From: Balamuthia mandrillaris
Taxonomy: Eukaryota
DNA length: 64,000 nt
NCBI GenBank assembly: GCA_031835245.2
Contig: JAVKOQ020000057.1
Span: 1-64,000, forward strand
Direction: 5' to 3'
Shown one piece after another: positions 25,490 through 36,840 of the stretch. How positions within the stretch are numbered: the stretch's first letter is position 1; every line of letters begins with the position of its first letter. The position numbers and the translations under genes are program-made. Under the pieces are notes generated by a model. It saw only the letters and a program-made list of their open reading frames with translations, was not told the DNA's origin and ran no database searches.

Positions 25490-25784
25490 AGAGCATTTTT
25501 GTAAGTCAAAAAAATAAAGTACTTTTTTTTTGTACAAGATTATTTTTTTAAAAAAAAATCCATTCATCTTCAAAACTCAGAGAGAGGGAGAAAAAAAGGA
25601 TCAAACGATAAGCCTTTGTACTGCTTTCTTTTCAATCTCCTTGTTCTCTGTGGTTGGTGATGATGATGAATTTTGTTTTTCTTTTTTTAAAAAAAAAGGT
25701 AGCAACCGTCCTCATCGTTGGAGAGAGGAGGAAAGAAGGAAGGGGATCTAATCCTCCTCCTAGCTCCACCTTATTTTTGTGTTT

Positions 25785-26157
25785 TCAGTTGACGACGGTC
25801 ATGTTCTCAGAGCTCTTGGGCAAAGGTTTGGTGGCGTAGGGAGAAGCAAGGGAACGACGGAAGAGCAGGATGTGGGGCTCGGGTTCGTGGATGGCGTAGT
25901 GCTCCCAGCCTAGGGATTGCTGCACGCCCAGCGCTCGCCACTCGGCCTCAGACATGAGCTTGTTGGGCAGTCGGTGCACAAAGTCTTTTGGCAAAATAAC
26001 GTGTCTAAATCAATCATGATCCATCAGAGAGAGAAACAGCAGAGAAAAGGTTAATCTTTCGTTTGTCGATGCACGATGAGAGAAAAGTGTTTTTTTTTTA
26101 CCTGTACTCATAGTTTTTGTCAAAGTATTTGTCGGAATAGATGATTTGTTGGGACAT
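25785..26157 (-). CDS. CKS1: Cyclin-dependent kinase regulatory subunit
   Basis: Exon 1 [19 protein letters not shown], one intron, exon 2 HVILPK...[35 protein letters not shown]. Confidence 0.97.
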
Positions 26158-26375
26158 GGTGGTGATGAAGAACGCGAGTAGCAGAGTACGCGGGGGTGTG
26201 TGCAAAAAATAAATAAATAGGCACGAGAGAAAGAGAGAGAGCTCGAGGCTATGCTGCGCTTTTAAATTGTGAATGAAAAAGAGAAGAAGGAAAAAAAATT
26301 GGGGGGGAAAAAAAAATAAGCTGCTTCATTTTGGCAGAGGCATTACCCGCGCAAAAAAAAAAAAACCAAAATTCA

Positions 26376-26390
26376 ATTTTGGCGGGAAAA
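26376..26390. promoter_or_regulatory. E2F-type element ATTTTGGCGGGAAAA
   Basis: About 220 bp upstream of the CKS1 ATG and identical to 344-358. A second E2F-like site TTACCCGCGCAAA lies at 26343-26355. Confidence 0.55.
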
Positions 26391-26645
26391 AAGTCTACAA
26401 AATATAAGGTCGAGATCCGTCAACCGATGATCGCTGATACCTTGCACGTTCGATTTTTGATTGGTTTGCGATACCGATGCAGTTTTTCTGGTTTAATTTA
26501 ACGATAAAATCTCCAAAATGAGTGAATTATTAGGCCTTTAATACTGGAGGCGAAAAAGTTTATCGAGCCTGGCTGGTTTGGTTTGTTGCACCGAAGGGCT
26601 TCTTTTTTTTTTTTTGTTGACCGACAAACACCGACCGTGCACACC

Positions 26646-27330
26646 ATGCAACGCCTTCGTCCGCTTCGTTGTGTCCCTGCTGCTCCTCGAGTCTCTTTGG
26701 TCGGCGCCGGCCGGTCTCTTCGCCAGGCCTCCTCTCTCGGCTGGCAGTGTCCTGTTTCCTCTTCCTCCTCCTCCTCCTCGGCTTCCTCTGTTGTGTGTCT
26801 TCACAGCAACAAAGGAACACGACGAAACTTTCGCACTTCCCTCCCATCGCATGAAGCAGCTCAAACGCCCTCTGCTGCCACCTCTTCCGCTGCTGACATG
26901 TCTGACCCTGGCGCCATGGCCGCCGCTATGGCTGCCGCCAGCCGACATGCTCCCCCTCTGGACCCTGCCTTGCTGGCGCTGCCCGGTCCCTCTCAGGACG
27001 TGTTATCCATGATCATGGCCCACCGCGATGGCGTCGGCGGCACTGCCGACATTCTCTGGGACCTTCGTCAAAAGCACGGCGACACGCTGAGAGTTGTTCT
27101 GGGAGGCCTGCCCTCTGTTGCTGTTTTCAACCCAGACCATGTGGCCCAGGTCTTTCGTGCCGAGGGCAAGTATCCCAGCAGTCTTGCCTTTGACGTGTGG
27201 AAGAAAGCCCAACAGGAAGAGATGAAGGAGTGGTTGAAAGGCAACCTTTTCTTTGAGGAGGTATGAACACTTTGTCTCACTTTCCACTTTCGTTTTCTCT
27301 TTTCTTTTTTCCTGGCTCCTTTTCTTTGCT

Positions 27331-27378
<48 letters not shown>

Positions 27379-28667
27379 ATCCTTTCTCTTGCTTCTCTCT
27401 CTCTCTCTCCTTTCGTTTTGCACCGCTAGCACTTTTCTTCTAATGTTCTTTGGCTCGCGTGTTCTTCGTTCTTACTCTCATGAATAATGCAAACAAACAG
27501 GGAGACGAGTGGAAACGTCTCCGCAACGAGCTTCAAAAGCGTATGTTGCCGCCGCTGGAGGCACAACGCTTCATCCCCATGTTTGCACCGCTGATGCGTG
27601 ACGCCTCCGCCGTCATCGCCAAGTCCATGGCAGAGGATGTCCCTCAGGCAGAGCGACCCACCCTCCGCCAGTTTCTCAGCCGTGTGACCATCGAGAGCAT
27701 TGCTATGGCGCTCTACGGCAAGCGACTGGGAAGCTTGGACCCCAACGGCGCCATCCCTGAGAAGACCCAATACTTTATCCAAAACACGCACCACCTCTTT
27801 GACCTCACTGTGGAGCTGGAGATGGGGGCAGAGCAGAGGTGGCGCATGCCTGGAGCCACTCGCGAGCACTGCCCTGCCTATGGGGAGATGATCGACTGCA
27901 TGAAGAACCTCTGGATCATCGGCACGGAGTACCTGGAGGAGACCCGGCAGACACTCATGGAAAAGCTGCAACGCGGAGAGCTGGACGAGGACCAGCTGGC
28001 CGTCTCCCCTTACCTCCTGCCCTATCTCATGTCCCGCGGGGAGAACGCTGTCTCCCTTCGCGAGATCACCACCAACGTCAGCGGGCTCTTCCTCGGCGGC
28101 GTGGACACCACCAGCGTCTCCATGCAGTGGGTGTGCTATTGGCTGGCCAAGAACCCAGAGGTGCAGGACAAGCTGGCGGAGGAGCTGCGCAGGGAGCTCA
28201 AGGGAGGGGACCTAAACGACCCGGAGCAGCTGCGTCGTCTGCCCTACCTCAAGAACGTCTTCAAGGAGTCCACCAGGATCAGCCCTGCCACCATGGGAAC
28301 GATTCGAACCTTGGAGGAGGACATCCAGTTGGGAGAGCACGTCATCCCCAAGAAGACAAGAATTATGCTGCTCATGAACCTCTTGGGGCGTGACGCCAAC
28401 ATGTACCCGGAGCCGAAACGCTTCGAGCCGGACAGATGGCTCACAAAGGAGGAGCACCCCTTCGCCCTGTTGCCTTTCAGCTTTGGGGCCAGGATGTGCC
28501 TCGGCGCCAGGCTGGCCATCAACGAGACCTACGTCTTTCTGGCCCGCGTGATCCAGGACTGGAACCTTCGCTTGAGGGATCCCTCGCTGGAGTGCCGCCC
28601 GGTGGTCAAGCTGCTCACCCGCCCCGAACCCGTCCCGGATATCGTGTTCACCCCTCGTCGCATGTAA
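26646..28667 (+). CDS. Cytochrome P450 with a mitochondrial-type presequence (one intron, 27261-27500)
   Basis: GDEWKRLR (WxxxR), I-helix GGVDTTS, K-helix KESTR, PDRW, heme motif FSFGARMCLG. The N-terminus is Arg/Ser-rich with no transmembrane anchor. Confidence 0.92.
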
Positions 28668-28689
28668 CGCATTAATAAAACTGTTTTAA

Positions 28690-28839
<150 letters not shown>

Positions 28840-29006
28840 TAAAACAAAATACCAACGTAAGCACCACGAGTCGAACCGACGTCCTTACCATGCCAATTTT
28901 GTCGACACTAGGAAAAATTTACAGGAATTTTTTTGGTCCCAGCAGAAAAAAAAAACAAACAAAAAAAAAACAAAGACAAACAAAAAAAAAAAGATTAAAA
29001 ATAGAA

Positions 29007-31878
29007 ATGAGAAGGAAAGCAGACTCGCTTGAAGGAGAAGAAGAGCAACAAGAAGAGCAGAACCCTCGCGATCAAAAGCGGTCCAGAACGTGCCTGGAGG
29101 GGAGGGGAGCACCGGAGGGCGAGCAGACTCATCGTACCAACGACGGCGTTACCACCGTTACCATCCCGGAGGAGCTTTGGGCCGACGCGTTGCGCTTTCT
29201 CTGGGAGTCCTCCTGCGGTTCCTGGCATTGCTCTCGCTCTGCCGGGCTTCCTCCTCGCATCGGCGACCACCACGAGCGGCTCTCCCACAACGCAGTGCTT
29301 CAGCCTTATATCCTTCAAAGACAGCTGGATGAGCAAGGAGAGGAAGGGGTCGACGTTGCGGACCAAAAACCAAAAACAACAAGCACCAACGTGAACCGAA
29401 AGAAAACGAGCGGTGAATGCTTCTTCGCCAACATGGGGGAATGCAACTCTTTGGAGCCTTTACTGCAAGCCAGGTCCGTGTGCAGGCTCTTTAAGCGGCT
29501 GGTCGATGGCATGACGGGAATGGACGTCCTCCAACCCTTTGCCGAACGAGTGCTGGCGAGAGTCTCCTCCCCTCCGAGCTTTTTTGTTTCTCCTCATCGG
29601 GAGGATGGAGGCCAAGGTGCTGAAGCTACGGAGGGGGTTTCCTCGCGGTGTGGGTGGCCTTGGTCACAACAACAGAGCGAGGAGGGGCGGGCGGACCCGC
29701 AGCAGGCTTTGAAGGTGTTGAGCAAGGCGGTCATGCCAGCGATAAAGGCTAGGTTTTATGCTTGCAGGTGCCCACCATTTTTCAGCCGTTCTTCGTGTGC
29801 TTGTTCTTGTTTTTAATTCCTCATTTTCTCTCTTGGCAAACTTGTTTCCTTTCATTCTTATCTGTATTCGCGTTTCTGGTCTTCTCATTGTTCTATCTTC
29901 TTCCAGCTTACAAGCCCGCGTAGAAGAATGCTTGTCGCAGTGGTGGAAGCCTCGCTTTAGCTCTTCTTCTCAACTCCAACAAACGATCAAGCGAGCACAG
30001 CACCTAATCCAATCCCGGGCGCTTCGTTTGATACATTTGGAGCGAGAGGAAGATCACCTGGACATTTCTTACGCTCTTGGCATTCGCGCTGTCCTGCTTA
30101 TCTCTCTCAGCAAACTCCGCCGTCAACCACAAGGCGAGGAAGAAGAGGATATCGATAATGAAGAGAAGAGCGAACGGCAGGAAGAGGAAGATTTGGTGAT
30201 AGCCTTAGACGTGGTTCAAGGTTGGGACTACCGAGACGAAGCTTGGGATATGGGATTCTTCATGCGAGCTCGTCTTCCTTCGCCCCCATCCTCATCGCAA
30301 CAAGATGAAGCAACGGATGGATGGAGAAACGCTTTAGGCATAAAACAGGAAGAACAAAAGAAAGAGAGAAGTGAACAGAAAGAAGATATGGAAGCAGAAG
30401 GAGAAAGAGAAGAAGAAGGAAAGAATGATGCAAAGGAAAATGGTAAGCAGGAGGAAGCAGAAGAGTTAACTGCACCGCTGGTGATACTCACTGTGTCTCG
30501 TGGATCAGGCGAACCGACTAGCCTCAACAAACCTCTTCTTCGTCGTTTGTGGCAATTGCTCTTCCAAACCAACAACAGCGAAGAAGAAGAAGAAGAAATT
30601 ATGGAAGCGGAGAGAAGCATGTTTGAGTTTCTCAGCCTTTGTTCGAGCTTCTTCTGGAAACTGGACTTGGATCATGTGTGGCTTACAAGAGACGAAGAAG
30701 AACCCTATTGGAGCGAGCCAGTTCAATGGATGTTGAACAACAAAAAGGAAGAAGAAAAAGGCAAGCAAGCCGCGCAACAGACCTCGCGAGCAAGAAATCT
30801 AAGAAGAGGAAAACCGGCTTCTACTTTGGCAGAGAGCGAGAACTTGGGTTTTATTGACCTCGCGAAACAACCCGAAGACCCAGACTGGCAGCCTTCGACA
30901 CCAGAAACCATTGCCGCTGTCATGAAGGATAGTAGTTTGAAGGAAGCGAGGGCCATGCTTGCAACCTTGGACAAACAGCACCATTTGTTGTCTCAGGTAC
31001 GTTGGTACCCAGTGATAGACAAAAGAGCGTTGTTTCTCTTATTTTTTGTTCGTACGTCAACACAGGCCTCGGCAGAGGAGCGCTATTTGTGGATGTATAG
31101 ACAAGCGCGGTGCCTTCAAGCCAACATCGTTGCCTCTTCTTCTCTTGTGGAGTTTCCAAAACTATGTTTCAGTCGCTTTTGCGGCTTTAGCAACCTCTCT
31201 GTGGACTCAGGAGAATACTCTGGACTTACAGTGACTCGTTCTTCTAGCATTCTTTTTTCACGCCCTTCTTCTCCTTCTTGTAACGTGTATCGAGTGAAGC
31301 TGGAAGCTAAAGAAAAGAACGGCAACTGTTACGGCGACTCTTGTGACTCTCATAGCCTGACGCTCACCTCAACTCTCAACACTTTTGCTATGCTTCTCTC
31401 TGAATCTCTTCGTTGTGCCGTGCAACCGAGACAACAACATGGAGGAAACGGTGGAGAAGGAGGAGATGGAGAAGAGAAACTCACAGTCATTGTGAAGTAC
31501 GACAAGGATATCCCTACTCACCCTCTTGAGGACGAGGAAGAAGACGGAGAAGAAAAAGAAGCAGAAAACGAGAAGAATGACTCCACTTGCATTCCCTTGC
31601 ATTCTCTCTTCCAATTGCCGCCTTCAACACCTAAGACAAACGAGGCATTGCTCCGTCATCTGTTGTTGGGTTTAGGCCTGCGAATGCTGGGCATTGCACC
31701 CGACGCCAATCACGACCGGGAGAGAGCAGAGCACGAAGAAGAGAAACGGGAGCAAAAGGTCACGAGCAGCTTGTGGGATCTGGTGCGGATGCTCGAGCAA
31801 GAACCAAGCGCGACCCCTTTCTCTGCGGACGCCCTTTGGCAGCAGTGCTTCCCTTTCTTTAGGAGGGCGAGCTACTGA
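29007..31878 (+). CDS. Large uncharacterised protein with an interrupted F-box-like N-terminus
   Basis: Long ORFs 28890-29816 and 29758-31878 are joined by a GT-AG intron at about 29768-29915. Contains IPEELWADALRFL and, further on, LLQARSVCRLFKRLV. Confidence 0.6.
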
Positions 31879-32040
31879 GCGAAGAACGAGAACCGAAAAG
31901 CCGGTGAAAAGAAAGAGGTGTTTGTTTTTTCAGTTTCTCCTGTGAATTTTTAACAGGAAAAAAAGCATTGAGAGAAAGCATAAAACTACACATAAGCATC
32001 GAGAGAAAGCCAAAAAAGACTCCTTGGCATTACCACCAAC

Positions 32041-34023
32041 ATGCTGAAGCCCACACAACAGAACGCACAACAAAGCAAAGCAGAGAAACCAAATACACCT
32101 CAACAACAAACCACGAAAAAACGCAGGCTTTGGGCATTACCATCCCTCCCTTCATCCCTCATTGAAGACTTGTTGCCGAATGAGGTGCTTTGCCACATCT
32201 TCAGCATGCTTCCGAAGAGCAGCATTGCACCAGCGGCCAGGACCTGCCGCAGATGGTATACCTGCGCCCCGGTTCAACTACGCCAGAAACTGTCCTTCGA
32301 ATGGGCGTGCTCCTCCCTGGCAGCTCTACAGTGGGCCACGCTTGAACCAGGTTTCTCTTTGGATCGTCGGGTGTGCACGATGGTTGCCCGTCACGGCTGT
32401 TTGGAAGCTTTAATGTGGGCAAGAGATGAGGGCTACTCGTGGGACGAAGAGACCTGTGCAAATGCTGCGACAGCCGGACGTTTGGAGGTGTTGCAATGGG
32501 CCAGGGAAAACGGGTGCCCTTGGGATGAACGGGTTTGTGCGAACGCTGCATGGAATGGCAAGTTTGCAGTGTTGAAGTGGGCCAGAGCAAATGGATGCCC
32601 GTGGAACGAACGCGCTTGTGCATATAGTGCGGCAGGTGGACATTCGGAAGTGTTGAAGTGGGCCAGAGAAAAAGGGTGCCCTTGGGATGCGAATACATGT
32701 ACTTCTGCTGCTGGTGGTGGCCATTTGGAAGTGTTGAAGTGGGCCAGAGAAAACGAGTGCCCTTGGGATGCAAACACTTGTGCTTCTGCTGCTGGTGGTG
32801 GACATTTGGGAGTGTTGAAGTGGGCCAGAGAAAACGGTTGCCCTTGGGATGCGAATACATGTGCTTCCGCTGCTGGTGGTGGACATTTGGGAGTGCTGCA
32901 GTGGGCCAGAGAACACGGGTGCCCTTGGAATGCAAACACATGTGCTTCCGCTGCTGGAGGTGGACATTTGGGAGTGTTGACGTGGGCCAGAGAACACGGA
33001 TGCCCTTGGGATGCAAACACATGTGCTTCCGCTGCTGGTGGTGGACATTTGGAAGTGTTGAGATGGGCCAGAGAACACGGGTGCCCTTGGGACAAAAACA
33101 CCTGTGCCTGCTGGTGGTGGACATTTGGAAGTGTTGAGATGGGCCAGAGAACACGGATGCCCTTGGGATGAAAGCACTTGCGCTGGTGCGATACACAACA
33201 CCCATCTTGAAGTGTTGAGATGGGCCACGGAACACGGCTGTCCGTGGGATGCATTTGCTTGTGCAAGGGCTGCCAGCAGTGGAAATAGAGCGGTTGCGAA
33301 GTGGGCGAAAGAAAACCACCGCCCTGTTGGTGAAGAAAGACTTTGTTGCAACGCTGCAAACAGTGGGCGCTTGGAAGTTTTGCAATGGGCGAGGGAGATC
33401 GGCTGTCCTTGGGATGAAGGAGTTTGTGCGACAGCTGCCAGTAATGGGCATTGGGAAGTGTTGAAATGGGCCCTAGCGAACGGATGCCCTTGCAAAGAGG
33501 AGATTCGCCAATACGCAGATGAGATCGAAGAGATGGCAATGCAAAGACGTGCAAGAGAAAGCGGATGCCCTTGGGATGCACGCGTTTGTTCTCTAGCAGC
33601 AAAGCGCGGCTTCTTGGACGTGTTGATGTGGGCGAGAGATAATGGGTGTCCTTGGATGAACGTACTTGCGCCGCTGCTGCCAAAGGTGGCCATCTGGAAG
33701 TGTTGAAATGGGCAAGGGAGCACGGATGTCCTTGGGACGTGACGACTTACACTGCAGCTGTACGAAAAGGGCATTTGGACTTGGCCTGCTGCAACAGGGA
33801 GGAAGCCTCCTTCAACAACGAGGTCAGCCCGTTGATGCTCCACCGTCCCAAGTCTTGGAATGGGCCGTCCTCCTCGTTGCCATCGTCCTCGATGTCAGGG
33901 AGGCTCACCTCGGTCTTGACGTTGGGGGCGATGGAGGAAAAGTTCACGTCGCTGGTCTTGAGCTTGCCAGAGCGGAATGGGCCAAAGAGAACGGATGCCC
34001 TTGGGATGACCAGGATAGGATGA
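32041..34023 (+). pseudogene. Disrupted F-box plus WARENGCPW ankyrin-like repeat gene
   Basis: The repeats continue across three ORFs. There is a 5-nt deletion at about 33107, a 1-nt deletion at about 33655 and a foreign insertion at about 33780-33975. The truncated 376-aa ORF could still be expressed. Confidence 0.75.
32636..33170 (+). repeat. Near-identical 75-bp coding tandem repeat, about 7 copies
   Basis: The unit GGTGGACATTTGG.AGTGTTG...TGGGCCAGAGAA.ACGG.TGCCCTTGGGATGC.AA.AC.TGTGCTTC.GCTGCTGGT encodes one 25-aa repeat. Confidence 0.9.
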
Positions 34024-34195
34024 AGAATCGCAGGCAAACCGCAAGAATGAAAGAACCAATAACCGGTAAAAAGAAAGCAAAGAAAAAGAACAGAGAAACG
34101 ACGAAGAAAAACAGGTTCTACTAAGTAATAAAAATACACTAAAACATTACTTCTCACTAAGCACGTGAAAAAAAAAAATATTTCCAAGAGAAGTC

Positions 34196-35071
34196 TTATG
34201 GAGCAGCGCAGGGAGTGTCCAGAGGGTTGATGTTGAAGGGGCTCGCGTGCTTGCAGTGCACGTCGGGCTGAGTGTTGGCCAGATAGGTGTGGAATGCACG
34301 GCAAGCCACCGTGTTGCCGGAGCCGATCAGTCCGATGTCCGAGACCAAGGGGATGTTGCTCATGAAGTCCTCGCAGTGCTGGCGGTCGTCGTAGACCTGG
34401 TTATCCCCGGTGCAGAAGCGTTGGATCCTGTCGCACACGCGGGTGATGTTCTTGTCCACGTCCGCGGGGAGGTTGTTCCACATTTGCAGGGTGTCCTGGA
34501 ACAGGCGGATGAGGTATAGCTGGTGCAGCTCGTCATAGTAGAAATACTGGATGAAGCCAGTGGTGAACTCCTTTGCCAGTTGGATGCTGTAGAGGGTCTG
34601 GTGGCAGTAGTGGACGATGACGGTGTGTTTCTCCTTCTTCCAGGGGCGAGAAGGGTCAGTGGCCACGTAGCGTTGTTCCATCACCACTTCGTCCGTGGTC
34701 ATCACGCGGACTTCGTAGAGGTCAGCAATGTCGGGGTCGCCCAAGAGGAAGTAATTGTAGTTCTTCTCCCGGTCGTTGATGTAAATGCCGGCCAGAGGGA
34801 CCTCCGTGGTGGCGTCCTCCCGGAAGAAGTCGTAGACCAGGTCGTAGTTCCTGGCCACCACCAGCTCTTGGTTGTACACGTCCACCAGTCGCCGTTCCAC
34901 CGAGTTCTCCCCAAAGCTGGAGTAGCAGCGGCAGTGGCGCTGACCGATGCATTCCCGCCATGAGTCATCGGTGCAAGGGCCGTGGTCATCGTCATCACCA
35001 TGACCGTCTCCAAAGACAAGCGTGGCGGAAAGCAGGAGAATAACCGACAGAAGGGCAGCGTGTTTAAACAT
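34196..35071 (-). CDS. Secreted Cys/His-rich protein of unknown function, paralog A
   Basis: Intronless 291-aa ORF with a signal peptide and GC3-rich codons. C-terminal CDRIQRFCTG...CEDFM...GNTVACRAFH...PDVHCKH...C. Confidence 0.85.
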   Translation of the reverse strand: MFKHAALLSVILLLSATLVFGDGHGDDDDHGPCTDDSWRECIGQRHCRCYSSFGENSVERRLVDVYNQELVVARNYDLVYDFFREDATTEVPLAGIYINDREKNYNYFLLGDPDIADLYEVRVMTTDEVVMEQRYVATDPSRPWKKEKHTVIVHYCHQTLYSIQLAKEFTTGFIQYFYYDELHQLYLIRLFQDTLQMWNNLPADVDKNITRVCDRIQRFCTGDNQVYDDRQHCEDFMSNIPLVSDIGLIGSGNTVACRAFHTYLANTQPDVHCKHASPFNINPLDTPCAAP

Positions 35072-35952
35072 GTTCGTTGTGTGTTGTTGTTCGGATTGTA
35101 TGGTTTGGTCAAAGGCTTTGGTTTCCAGCTTATTTATGTGAAAGAATGTACCGGTTGGCTGGCAATTACGCTAAACCCTCGCAAGTCAGGCCTGTAACGG
35201 ATAAAAATAACTAATATAAACCCCTAACGCGTGTAAGTTGGGCTCGATCTACAGTAACGGTAGACAAAAACGAAGCTGCTGTGCATGAGATATTCCTATC
35301 TTTTGGGGTGAACATGTTTGACCATATCCAAATGGGAGAATAGAATACTTCTTTGGTGGATAACTTTGCTTTCCTCGAACGACCGCTGTGCAGGACGGTC
35401 TCCACCGTTCGTTCTTCCTCCCTCGTTTCATCTCTTTGTGTCCAGGCGTTACATAGTTGTGATGAACTCAGGGGCTTTCATCTACCAAAACACTTTGCAT
35501 GGCTGTTAGGAGAAGGAAGGAACATTCGCAGAATAAGGCGAATGAGCCAAGACGTCTTTACAGAATAAAGGGTAAAGAGATGCATCCCATAACAACCGGA
35601 GATCGAAAAATAGTTGTCGGACCTGCCGTATCTGTTGCCATGTTTCTGCATGAAGCGCACTTCTCATCCACGAAGGGTGGTATTCTTGGGAGAGATAATG
35701 ATTGGGAATTTCACAGCCCATGTACATGTGTTCTCCGTCTCCCGCTCTCTTTATTCTTTGCTGGCTTTGCTCCTTTTCTTTTCTTCTGCGTCCGTTGAAA
35801 ATGCTCTCTCTCCTCCTTTCCATTTTTATTCCAGCTGGACAGTTACAAGGTCCGAAAGAAAGGACTGGTCATCATGGAGAGGTACTTTGCCTTTCAAAAA
35901 ATAACACTTTGTATTTTTTTGAAAAATAAAACAGGGAGAGGGAGCTGGCTCG

Positions 35953-36840
35953 CTAAGGAGCAGCACAGGGAGTGTCCAGAGGGTTGATGTTCAGCGGGCT
36001 CACATGCTTGCAGTGCACGTCAGGTTGCGTGTTGGCCAGATACGTGTGGAACGCCCGACAAGTCACCGTGTTGCCGGAGCCGATCAGTCCGACGTCCGAC
36101 TCCATCGGGATGCTGCTCATGAAGTCCTCGCAGGCTTGGTGAGAGTCGTAGACCTGGTTGTCCCCGGTGCAGAAGCGTTGGATCCTGTCGCACACGCGAG
36201 TGATATTCTTGTCCAAGTCCGCGGGGAGGTTGTTCCACATTTGCAGGGTGTCCTGGAAGAGACGGATGAAGTACAGCTGGTGCAGCTCATCAAAGTAGAA
36301 GTATTGAATGTAGCCGGAGGTGAAATTCTGGGCAAGCTGGATGCTGTAGAGGGTCTGGTCGCAGTAGTGCACAACGACAGTGTGCTTCTCCTTCTTCCAG
36401 GGGCGAGAAGGGTCAGTGGCCACGTAGCGTTGTTCTTGCACCACCTCGTTGGTGGTCATCACGCGGACTTCGTAGAGGTCAGCAATGTCGGGGTCGCCCA
36501 AGAGGAAGTAATTGTAGTTCTTCTCCCGGTCGTTGATGTAAATGCCAGCCAAGGGGACCTCCGTGATGGCGTCCTCCCGGAAGAAGTCGTAGACCAGGTC
36601 GTAGTTCCTGGCCACCACCAGCTCTTGGTTGTACACGTCCACCAGCCGACGCTCCACTGAGTCCTCCCCAAAGCTGGAGTAGCAGCGGCAGTGTCTCCGG
36701 CCGATGCACTCCCTCCACGACTCATCGGTGCAAGGGCCAGCAGCATCGTTGTCCTCGGCTTGAGTGTGGCCTCTGCCACCAAAGACAAGCGTGGCGGAAA
36801 GCAGGAGAACAGCCAGCAGAAAAGTGGTGCGGTTGAGCAT
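35953..36840 (-). CDS. Secreted Cys/His-rich protein of unknown function, paralog B
   Basis: ATG at 36840 (MLNRTTFLLAVLLLSATLVFG). Highly similar to paralogs A and C. Confidence 0.85.
   Translation of the reverse strand: MLNRTTFLLAVLLLSATLVFGGRGHTQAEDNDAAGPCTDESWRECIGRRHCRCYSSFGEDSVERRLVDVYNQELVVARNYDLVYDFFREDAITEVPLAGIYINDREKNYNYFLLGDPDIADLYEVRVMTTNEVVQEQRYVATDPSRPWKKEKHTVVVHYCDQTLYSIQLAQNFTSGYIQYFYFDELHQLYFIRLFQDTLQMWNNLPADLDKNITRVCDRIQRFCTGDNQVYDSHQACEDFMSSIPMESDVGLIGSGNTVTCRAFHTYLANTQPDVHCKHVSPLNINPLDTPCAAP

Noticed and set aside
32636..33170. CRISPR-like array or DGR template/variable repeat
   Set aside because: The units are contiguous in-frame coding repeats with no spacers, the differences are not adenine-specific, and no cas or reverse transcriptase gene is present.
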